From: Balamuthia mandrillaris
Lineage: Eukaryota
NCBI GenBank assembly: GCA_031835245.2
Contig: JAVKOQ020000051.1
Coordinates: 62,001-126,000, forward strand
Length of the DNA: 64,000 nucleotides
Reading direction: 5' to 3'
Shown: positions 1-10,071 of the stretch, in pieces
Layout of the letters: the number at the start of each line of letters is the position of its first letter
How positions within the stretch are numbered: position 1 is the first letter of the stretch
Translations under genes and position numbers: made by a program
Notes under the pieces: model-generated
What the model was told of the DNA's origin: nothing
What the model saw: the letters and a program-made list of their open reading frames with translations, nothing else
The model's database searches: none

Positions 1-260
1 AAGCAAGTTGACAAAAAATGTAATATATGGGAGTCGAACCCGCGCATTGTGTGAACAAATTCTGCAGCGTGTTAGTATGGTTGCTCCTCATAAAACATTC
101 CTTGCATTCCGGTATAAAATTAACAAAGATGTCACACCCAGGAGTCGAACCCGAGGGCAGCACAGAAGAACAAATTCTGCCAAAAATGAGCACAGATTGT
201 GCTGCCACAGTCTGCAAAAAAAGAGTTCTCTCGCAACAAAAAAAAAAAAGAAAAGAAGAG

Positions 261-943
261 ATGCGCAGTGGAAGACAAGAGGTGGAGGAAGAGAAGGAGG
301 AGGGGAAGGAGAAGGAGAAGGGCAGCGTTGTAGGCATGCACCGCAGGGTTGAGCGACGACGCATGCTCTTCGAGGAGAAGCTCATCCTGGTGATGGTGGG
401 CCTGCCCGCCCGCGGCAAGTCCTACATCGCCAAAAAGGTGGTGAGCCACCTCTCCTGGTTGGGCCTGAGGGCGCGCCTCTTCAACGTGGGCAACCTCCGG
501 AGGAAGGTCCTTCAGGGCAGCAGCCAGACCTCTGACTTTTTCTCGGCGGAGAACACGGAGGGCAGAGCCACCAGGGAGCAGCTGGCCATGGCTGCCTTGG
601 ACAGCCTCCTGCATTGGCTAGTGGGCGGTGAGGTAGATGGGGAGAAGGAGGATGAATGCCAACAGAAAAACGCTTCGTCTCCTCCTTCTTCAGCAGCAGC
701 AGGAGGAGGAGAGGAACGAGGAAGAGGAGGGGATGTGGCTGTGTTTGATGCCACCAACACGACGGACGAGCGGCGAAGAGCGGTGCTGCAGCACTGCATG
801 GAGTATTTCGGGGCCAAAGGACTCGCTGCTCCCAACGTCATCTTTTTGGAGTGTATTTGTGATGATGAAAAGGTGATCCGTCTTCTTATGTTCTGTTCTC
901 TGTTCCTCGCACTCTGTCTCTCTGTCTCTCTGTCTCCCTGTCT

Positions 944-988
<45 letters not shown>

Positions 989-1902
989 TCTCTCTCCTTC
1001 TCTCTCTCTCTCTCTCTCTCTCTCTTCATGAATCGTCCCTTAACATTCTTCTTCATTTAGGTTCTTCGTTCCAACTTGAAGCAGAAGATCCGCAATTCAC
1101 CTGACTACCAAAACATGCCCTACGAGCAAGCCCTTCACGACCTCCAACAACGCATCCAAAACTATCAGCTCGTTTACAGGAGCATCTCCGACGACGCCCT
1201 CAGCTACATTAAGCTCATCAACCTCCAATCTAAAGTCATTTGCAACAAGATCTTTGGCAATCGCGCTCTCAGCATCGCCACTTTTCTGATGAGCATCCAC
1301 ATCGGCAAACGTCCCATTTGGCTCACACGCTCCGCTCATACCGCTTCTGTAGCTGACATGAACAAGAGCCTTACTCCCATGCTACATGATCAACTAAACC
1401 ACAGCAGCACAAATCAAAACGAAGAGAAAGCGACAGAAACAGGAGAGAAAGAAGGAAAGGCAAAGATGAAGACCCACCCGTCATTGCGACAAAGAAATAT
1501 GTCAGATGTTCGTTTGCCGTGGTTTGAAGGAAGAGAGCAAGCAGATGCGACCACCCTGAAAGAACTTTCGTCATTGCGGTTGCCCTCCAAGCAAACAATG
1601 GGTGACTCTCTCAGCGAGCAAGGGCGTAGCTATGCAAAGAAATTAGCAGAGTTTATTCAGAGCAAGGCATGCCTTTCTTCTTTATACTTTCTGTTTTCTG
1701 AATTTCTTATTAATCTTTTTACTTTTATAGTGTTCAGTGGAGACGTTAACTGTACATACAAGCACATTGCCAAGAGCTGTAGAAACAGCTCAATATATTC
1801 CTGTCCCTACCAACCAATGGAGCGCTCTTAATATGCTGGACGCTGGCGTCTGCAACGACATGAGTCTTGCAAACGTTCGTTTCTCTCTCTTGCTCTCTCT
1901 TG

Positions 1903-1949
<47 letters not shown>

Positions 1950-2373
1950 GCTCATTCTCTTTCGATTTCCTACCTTTTTTGTTCAAACAAACAGATAAAA
2001 GAACAAATGCCAGACTTTTGGGAGTCGTGGATGAACAATCCAGCAGGTGTTCGTTTTCCAGGAGGAGAGTCGTACTTTGATGTAGTCCGTCGTTTGGATA
2101 CGCTTGTCTACGACCTCGAACGACAGGTTAATCCTGTTCTCGTCGTGTCCCATCTTTCTACACTTCAGGTAACAACTACTCTCCTTTCGTCGTTTATCGT
2201 TTTCCGTTTCAATTGAACTCAAAACACAAAAACGTAAAAAGGTGCTGTATAGTTACTTTGTGGATTGTCCCGTCGAAAAGTGTCCTCAATTGTCCATTCC
2301 AAGACACACTGTCATCCAATTGACGCCGTTTCAGTACGGTTGGAAAGAGGAGCGCTTCGACCTTGGACCATGA
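261..2373 (+). CDS. PFKFB: 6-phosphofructo-2-kinase/fructose-2,6-bisphosphatase family protein, 5 exons (261-872, 1061-1666, 1731-1874, 1995-2168, 2242-2373)
   Basis: Kinase motifs MVGLPARGKS, FNVGNLRR, FDATNTT, FLECIC. Phosphatase-like domain RPIWLTR..LSEQGRSYAKKL, RFPGGESYFDVVRRL, VLVVSH. Exons join in frame. Start could instead be ATG 129 or 336. Confidence 0.93.
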
Positions 2374-2725
2374 GGGAACAAACGAGCGATATTCGCGGCC
2401 TCCCCCTTGTTCCTCTCTGTTTTTCTTTTATGTTTTCTATAATAGATGTTGCTATGGAAACATAAGTCCTAAAAAATCAAAAATTTGTTTCTATGACAAC
2501 TCCAATCAAAAATCAAAAGATTCATTGCATGTCGACAGTTATGAAGCAAATCGCTGAAAGAAAGAAAGCTGCACCGAAGTTGCATTCTTCGCTCCCTTCG
2601 TCTTTGTCTTGGCCGAGTTTCACCTCCTTTCTTATTTGTTCAAACAAACCACCAACAAGCACCACCACAACAAACCGTTTTCTTTTTCTTCCACACGGAG
2701 AAAAACAAAATTCAAAAAAATACAA

Positions 2726-3832
2726 ATGAAACGATCGGTTATGAAAGAAGTGTTGAAGGAATACAAGGAGCTCAACCTAAAGTCTTTCTCTGATGGGCAA
2801 ATTCTAGTGACCTTCCCGGACATGAACAACCTCCTTTCCGTCCACATCACTCTCTTCCCCAAGGACGGATACTACAGAGGCGGCAAGTTCGACTTTGCCT
2901 TGGACCTTCCCATTTCCTACCCTCACGCCGCCGCCAAAGTTCGCAGTCTCACCAAGATGTTTCACCCCAATATAGGTCCGTTTTTTTTTTTCTTTTCTTC
3001 TTTTTTTCACGTTTTTAATTTTTTCTGACTTCAAACTCGTCAAAACCTATATAGACTATAGCGGCTCGATCTGTTTCAACATTCTGAGCTCCGAATGGGA
3101 GAACTGCCTCCGCATCGCCGACTACGCACACGCCCTCCTCTGGCTGCTCTACCAGCCCAACCTCAATTCTCGCCTCAACGGAGACGTGCCAGGGGACGAG
3201 CAGGAGTTCGCTGCGATGGCCCGTGTCTCTGTGGAGGGAGGCAGCGTTGCTGGCCAATTCTTCCCTGGCTGTCTGGTGGATGAAAGCAAGAGGCTGGAGG
3301 AGGAGGAGAAAGCGCAGCAGCTGGAGCAACGGCTGGAGCAGAACGTGGAGCCAGAGGAGTTGGCGACCATCACGCCTCCCACTGGAGCTGGCGTGCAAGC
3401 CATGCGTCAGTTCTTTGATCAACAAAGAGCTGGAGGAAGAACACCGTCACACAAACCAACAATACCGAGATACCTCAAGCACCAACGCCACCTCCGATGA
3501 GGGTCATCATTCCAGGCAACGTGCCTGCCACTACCACTCCTACAACTCCTGCTCCTACCCCAACCATCACCACCCCTACCCCTGTTCAACAACAACATCA
3601 ACAAGAAAGAACCGAAGAAACAACAACGAGGAGGAGAACCGTGGCAGAGATCATGGCGGAGAGGGTGAGAAATGCGCGGCTAGCTCCGGGACATTTCGTG
3701 CCAGTGACCACACCCAGAACAACAACTACCGCCGCAAACAACAACACTCCCGCTCCTCAACGTAGGCAACAACGTTGGCCCGATCCTGTGGTTAACGTTC
3801 GTTTCCGTGGAGGGATTCGCGTTTTTGGATGA
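2726..3832 (+). CDS. Ubiquitin/NEDD8-conjugating enzyme E2 (Ubc12-like core) with low-complexity C-terminal extension and an apparent 1-nt frameshift near 3442
   Basis: GYYRGGKFDFALDLPISYP, FHPNI|DYSGSICFNIL with catalytic Cys across intron 2976-3054. Read as is, the frame stops at 3500. The Thr/Pro-rich tail continues in another frame to 3832. Confidence 0.85.
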
Positions 3833-4214
3833 ACGCCAAAGGGAGCAAAGGAAAGCGTTTTTTCTTTTTTGTTTAGCAATTTCGTTTATTTTTTTTTTTT
3901 CCCTGTACAAACTAGCCAAGCGCAACGATTGCAGTACCACGTTGTATTCTTTCTTCTGTTAGACAGAGGGGGCATTAAATAAAAATTATAATATAAAGAA
4001 AAACATGTTTGCGGAAAGATCGACTTCTTTACCTTAAAAGAGCAAACTTAATCAAATAATTAATGATAATTAAAACCAACCAATGAAATCATCAGCCCGT
4101 TATAAGAAGAAATGCAAAGACTACCAATTTTTTTTTTCCAGAATACCCGAAACACGCGGAGAACATCACGTAAGCGGGGAAGCAAGCTGAAAAGAAAAAA
4201 AATAATAAAAAAAG

Positions 4215-4547
4215 ATGAACTACTTGAAGCAAAAGGTGAACACGCTCAACGGAGTTACTGTCGCCACAGAGAGCGCGATATCGAAGGAGGCCATTACATC
4301 CACTATCGGTCGCACTCGAGTTGAGGTTTGTTTCTACTTTATGTGAAGTTAGTTGCACTCTAATGTTTGTTTGTTGTTCTCAGCTTGCTGGCCTGTTTGT
4401 TAACACCGAAGTGGATGAGGAGTTTGAGACAGGAAGACAAAACATTGAAAAATTGATAAAGAATGTTGAGGTCATTGAAAAAAGGTTGAAGAACTATTCT
4501 AAAGCTTTCGAAGGTTCACTCCCACTCTCTCTCTCTCTCTCTCTCGC

Positions 4548-4603
<56 letters not shown>

Positions 4604-6201
4604 ACTTTCTTTCTTTCTTTCTTTCTTGTCGTTTCTTTTTTTCTTGTCGTTTCTTTCTTGTCGTTTCTTTCTTTCTTGTCGTTTCTTTCTTTCTTTCTTT
4701 CTTTCTTTCTTTTTTCTTTCTCTCTCTCTCTCTCTCTCTCTCTTGCACCTCTTCTATTCGCTTCATTTCTTTCCTACCTTCTCGAGCTTCTTCTTTTCGA
4801 CTTTTTCTTGTGTTTAAACGACTAACACAAAAACTCAACAAACAAAGACTTTGTGAAACCACTATTAGCGCTTGGAGAAAGCTTACAAACATTTTACAAC
4901 GAAGACTCTGATGACCTGAACGAACAAGGAAACCTGTTCATGGCTTCCTCTAACACTGTTGCAGAGGCTATCAAAGAATTCACGGTTCTGTTCTTTTTTT
5001 GTAAAGTGTACTCTTATTCTTTCTAGCTGACTTTTTCTTGCAAATGAAAACAGACAACAATGCAAGAGCTCTGCACAGAAGTTCGAACATTGCTTACGAA
5101 CATGTCGCAGATGAAGGTTTTTTTTTGTGCTTCTTCTTCTTGCTTCTCGGCGTTATAGATTCTCTTTTTTGACTTCTTTCATTATCAAAAGAAATCTATT
5201 CTAGAGAGAGATGAAGCCTTGATAGAGTTCACCAAAGCCGATAACCATTTCAAAAGCGTTCTCAAGAAAGAGACCGATCTCTCCTCTCCCAAAGCCACCA
5301 AGGCTCAAGCAAGACAACAAGAATGCAAAGACAAGTACGATGCATTGAACAACGATCTGAAGAGCAAGTTTGCCGACTACGACCTCAATCGTGCCACTCA
5401 ATTCGAGGCCCAGTTTTCAAAGGTTTGCGGCTTAAACGCTCTTCTTGTCCTTGTTTTGGCTCTCGTCTTGTTGTTGCTCTCCTCTTCTTGCTTCGGCCCT
5501 TGTCATTGCTCTGCTAACCTCAATAAACGCATCTCAAGTTGGTCAATAGTCAAGCTAAACTGTTCGGTGTTGCCGCCAAAGCCAGCCAGGACCTTCAGGC
5601 ACAAACACAAACGCTCCCCTCTTCTGTTCCACCCTCCTTTTCTCCTTCTTCTCCTCAAACCCTCCGACACAACAAGAACAAAAACAAAAACAAAAGCAGC
5701 AGCAGCAGCGGCAACCACAACAACGAGGAGCCCTCTTCTCCTCCTGCCACGTCTCCCCGTGTTCACTTTGCCGCTCTCCACTCTCAATGGAGTCCAACCG
5801 CCCTATCGTTTTGTTTCTTGGATCGTGACAACAAGGAAGGCCACAGCGCCATCAACAACAGCGCCATCCTCAACATCAAGCATGAGAGACGAAGGTCGTG
5901 GGACTCTCCTCGTGCTTCCAGAAACTACGAAGCGGAGCTTGCGGAGCGGTTGTCTTCTCTTGCAGGGCCGGCTGCTGCAGTTGCTTCCTCTCTCGGTCGG
6001 TCCCAACCCCCTCCGGTGCCTCGAAGGGATCCTCTCTCCCGCACTCGGGCAGTTACAACCTCGGCTACACCTCCTCCCGTGCCTCGAAGAGATGCTCTGT
6101 CGCGCAGCCGCGCAACCACCTCTCCGAGTTCTGCTTCACCTCCCCCTGTTCCACGCAGAGAGACTCCTATCCGTCCTCCCCGTCCTGCCCGCAACGTCTG
6201 A
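4215..6201 (+). CDS. BAR-domain (amphiphysin/endophilin-like) protein with Pro-rich tail, paralogue 1, 6 exons
   Basis: Helical domain TEVDEEFETGRQNIEKL...ERDEALIEFTKAD...KYDALNNDLKSKF...EAQF typical of BAR domains. Tail has three PPPVPRR motifs. Clear homology to two neighbouring genes. Confidence 0.75.
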
Positions 6202-6279
6202 ACTGTTTCATTGGTATAAATAACTTTCTTTCTTGTAGTATTCCTGCTTTCTCTCTTTAAACCTTTCTTTCTTGTCGTT

Positions 6280-6319
<40 letters not shown>

Positions 6320-6658
6320 GTCATTTCTTTCTTTCTTTCTTTCTCTCTCTTTTCGTTGACGCAATCACGAACGAAGACAATAAAGAATGCACCACCCACT
6401 TTTCTTCACGAAGGGGAAAGAAGGGTCACCAAACGAAACACTTGCAGGGCCACAAAGATCGGAACATTACCTATATACAAACGAATGAATGTATAAATGA
6501 ATGAATGAAAGGGTTCGAAAGCTCCTTTTCATCCCGTGGTAATGTTTTAAACCCATGCGGTATAAAGAAAGAATGTTTGTATGTTGTTCTATTTTTTTTT
6601 AAAAGTTAAACCTATAAAAGCCCACACCTATAACGACGACAACCCACCAGACCAAAAA

Positions 6659-7212
6659 ATGAACTACTTGAAACAGAGGGTGAACACGCTCAACGGGATG
6701 ACGGTCACCACCGAGAACGCCATCACCAAGGAGACCCTTTCAAACACTCTAGGCCGCACGCGAGTTGAGGTTTGCTGCAACAACAAACCTCCTATAGGAC
6801 AGTTATTTGTTTGAAACTGATGTTGTTCCTCTGATCAAGTTTGCAGGACTGTTCGTGCACACAGAACTTGACGAAGAGTTCGAGAACGGAAGACAAAACT
6901 TTGAGAAGCTGGTAAAGACTGTTGAAACCACCGAGAAATATATGAAGAGCTATGCGAAAGCTTTTCATGGTGCGGCTCTCTCTTGCTCTGTGCTTTTTTT
7001 GTTCTTCCTATTCCTAGTTCTTCTTCCCTTCCGATGAGCTCTAATGACAAACGTGAAACAGACGTGGTGAAGCCGATGACCTCCCTGTCCCTAACCTTGC
7101 AAGCGTTTTATGATGGACCCTCCACTCTGAACCAACAAGGCAACTTGTTCATGGCTTCCTCAGAGGCCGTTGCCGATGCTATTAAAGAATTCACGGTTTC
7201 TATTTCTTTGTG

Positions 7213-7249
<37 letters not shown>

Positions 7250-8172
7250 TTTTGTTTACACCTCCCTCACCTTCTTTCTTCTCGGGAAACAGTCCACCAT
7301 GCAAGAACTCACCACTGAAGTTCGTACATTGTTTTCAACCATGTCGCTGATAAAGGTTCGCTTGTGTGTTTTTAACTAGGGTTTCGTCTTCATGCTTCAC
7401 GCTTCTTGCTGAAGGCATCGTTCCTGCACAAAAGAAAACTATTCTGGAGAGAGATGAAGCCTTGATAGAGTTCACCAAAGCCGACAACAACCTCAAAAAC
7501 GTTCTCAAGAAAGACGCCGATACTTCCACTCCCAAAGCCACCAAGGCTCAAACAAGGCAACAAGAAAGTAAGGACAGGTATGAAGCGCTGAACAACGAAC
7601 TGAAGGCCAAGTTTAAAGACTACGACCTTCATCGTGCCACTCACTTTGAGGCCCAGTTTTCAAAGGTCTGTGTCCCTTCTCTATTATCTCCGTTGTTCTT
7701 TCGGCACCATCTCATCTGGAACGATAAACAGTTGGTGAAGAGTCAAGCCAAGTTGTTCTCTCTTTCAGCCAGAGCAACACAAGCTCTTCAAGCCCAAATA
7801 CAATCTCGTCCTTCCACGTCCTGCTCCTCTCGTTCGTCTTCTTCTGCTTCTGCTTCTTCTTCGTCGCGTATACTTTTTGCGACTCTACATTCGCGGTGGA
7901 ACCCAGCATCCGTTCCTTACTCCACCTTCGATGGAGAGGAAGGCGCCACCAGGAAAGCAAGAAGAAAGTCATGGGACTCTCCGCGTGCTTCGGCTCGTGT
8001 TTCCAATTATCTGGAGGAAGAGTTCTACACCCTGATGCCTTCTCTCTCAGCAAAGACTGCAGGAACAGATTTAACTTCTTCGGCGTCAAGCACCTCTACC
8101 TCTACCGCTTCTTCTAGTCCTCCCAGTGTGTCTAAAAGGGAACCCCCTCCTCGTCCCCCACGTCGGGTTTAA
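6659..8172 (+). CDS. BAR-domain protein, paralogue 2, 6 exons
   Basis: MNYLKQRVNTLNG start and the same intron positions as paralogue 1. Shares the DNA stretch GAGAGATGAAGCCTTGATAGAGTTCACCAAAGCCGA with it. Ends PPPRPPRRV. Confidence 0.75.
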
Positions 8173-8390
8173 GTAGGCCATTGAATATACATACGTGTAA
8201 AATAAAGTATGTACTTGCTCGCTTCGTTGTTTGCCTTCTTTCGTTCTTTACTCCTTGGCAATGCCCCAGCACCAAGCGAAAAATTCTCTTCCTGTTCATA
8301 GAGGTGTAATTAATATAGAAAAAGTCTTATATTGAAGCAAAGAAAAAAACAATAAAAAAAAAAGAAAGTAACTCAAGGTGACGGTGCAGG

Positions 8391-9794
8391 ATGGAAGAGC
8401 TGCCAGCGGAACTTTTGGAAGAGGTTTTCAGCTTTCTGCCGAAAGACATGGTGGCCATTGCTGCGCGGACTTGCAAGCGCTGGTTTTGGCATTGCCCGGA
8501 GACTCTCCGCCGCAAGCTGTCCACCAGGCGAGTGTGCAGCAGCTTGACGTTGTTGCAATGGGCTCTCGACAACGGTTATTCCTTGGATGATTCGACCTGC
8601 CAGCAGGCAGCGAAAGGCGGGCACTTGGAAGTGATCCAATGGGCCAGGGAGAAAGGTTGCAGTTGGGACTTCTGGGTGACTGCGAGAGCAGCGCAAAATG
8701 GACACTTGGAAGTGCTGAAATGGGTTCGTGAACAAGGTTGTCCTTGGAACAGTTGGACTTGCAAGTACGCAGCACAAAACGGACTCCTGGAGGTGCTTCA
8801 GTGGGCACATAGGAACGGATGCCCTTGGGACGATGAGACAACAGCAGCAGCTGCTGAAAAAGGACACTTGGATGTTCTCCAGTGGGCAAGGAAGCAAGGC
8901 TGTCCTTGGAACAGTTGGACTTGTAAGAACGCAGCTCGAAACGGACATTTGGAGGTGCTTCAGTGGGCGCATGAAAACGGATGCCCTTGGGGCGCATCAA
9001 CTCTGGAAGAGGCAGCTCGAGACGGACATTTGGAAGTCGTGAAGTGGGCTCATGCACACGGTTGTCCTTGGGACAAACAGACATGCATGGGAGCAGCAAG
9101 CAATGGTCACTTGGAAGTGCTGAAATGGGTTCGTGAACAAGGGTGTCCTTGGGATCAGAGAACGTGCAGTGATGCAGCGATGAATGGACATTTGGAGGTG
9201 CTGAAGTGGGCAAGGGAGCATGGATGTCCTTGGGACCCTGAACAGTGTTCCGACTTGGCCGCAGAGCGTGGCTTCCTGCACACGCTCTTGTGGATCCGAG
9301 AGCAGGGCTGCCCTTGGCAGAAGCACGTGTGCTCCTCTGCAGCAAAGTATGGACACTTTGAAGTGTTGAAGTGGGCGAGAGAGCAAGGCTGCCCTTGGAA
9401 TAGCGAGGTGTGTGCCCACATTGCAGCAAAAGGGGACTTGGCAGTGCTAATGTGGGCGCGTGACAACGGCTGTCCTTGGGATGCACGGACGTTTCATTCT
9501 GCAGCCCGTCAGGGACACTTGGAGCTGATGAAGTGGGCGAGAGCAAACGGTTGTCCTTGGGATGATAACTCTTGTCTATACGCCGCCATGGGAGGGCATT
9601 TGGAAGTGTTGCAGTGGTACCGAGAGGCTGGTTATTGTTGGAATGATCGGATATGCTCTTATGCAGCTTTGTACGGTCATTTGGAAGTGCTGAAATGGGC
9701 CAGGCAGAATGGGTGTCCTTGGTTCAAGCTCGAAGTCTATAAGTGGGGAAGAGACTTCCCGAAAGTCGTTGAGTGGCTGCAAGAGCAGCCATAA
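8391..9794 (+). CDS. Intronless F-box-like + short ankyrin-repeat protein (GHLEVLxW..GCPW type, as in amoebae and their giant viruses)
   Basis: 467-aa ORF. N-terminal LPAELLEEVFSFL...AARTCKRW (F-box-like), then 14 repeats of about 27 aa, WxxxTCxxAAxxGHLEVLxWAxxxGCP. Confidence 0.93.
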   Translation: MEELPAELLEEVFSFLPKDMVAIAARTCKRWFWHCPETLRRKLSTRRVCSSLTLLQWALDNGYSLDDSTCQQAAKGGHLEVIQWAREKGCSWDFWVTARAAQNGHLEVLKWVREQGCPWNSWTCKYAAQNGLLEVLQWAHRNGCPWDDETTAAAAEKGHLDVLQWARKQGCPWNSWTCKNAARNGHLEVLQWAHENGCPWGASTLEEAARDGHLEVVKWAHAHGCPWDKQTCMGAASNGHLEVLKWVREQGCPWDQRTCSDAAMNGHLEVLKWAREHGCPWDPEQCSDLAAERGFLHTLLWIREQGCPWQKHVCSSAAKYGHFEVLKWAREQGCPWNSEVCAHIAAKGDLAVLMWARDNGCPWDARTFHSAARQGHLELMKWARANGCPWDDNSCLYAAMGGHLEVLQWYREAGYCWNDRICSYAALYGHLEVLKWARQNGCPWFKLEVYKWGRDFPKVVEWLQEQP

Positions 9795-10071
9795 GAACCC
9801 CCAATGGCCATATAACAGAAAAATTGTTTTTGATTTTCTATTGGCTCTCTGTGGTTATCGAATAATTTAATGAAAGAAAATTTCCTTATTAAGGCTTAAA
9901 TTGTTGAAATTTTGACGAATTTCATCAGCAATTATCTTCAAAAATCGAAACAAAGTCAACAAAAATCGATTAATTGCAGCCACGTGGAAGAAATCGTTAC
10001 AGGAAGGCCTCTCTCTTGGGTTGCTTCTTGAAGAGACAGAGAAAAAAACAAACTTTAAACGCGATACCACG

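Noticed and set aside
25..206. Intact tRNA genes
   Set aside because: B-box and T-arm only. No convincing acceptor stem, D-arm or A-box.
6196..6496. Extra terminal coding exon for BAR paralogue 1
   Set aside because: The intron-like tract is present, but the resulting peptide has no motif or similarity to the paralogues, so it is unsupported.
8428..9546. 372-aa antisense ORF over the ankyrin gene, and similar antisense ORFs over ubiquitin (58613-59779), the epoxide hydrolase and the DUSP
   Set aside because: Shadow ORFs produced by codon bias and repeats, with no recognisable motifs.
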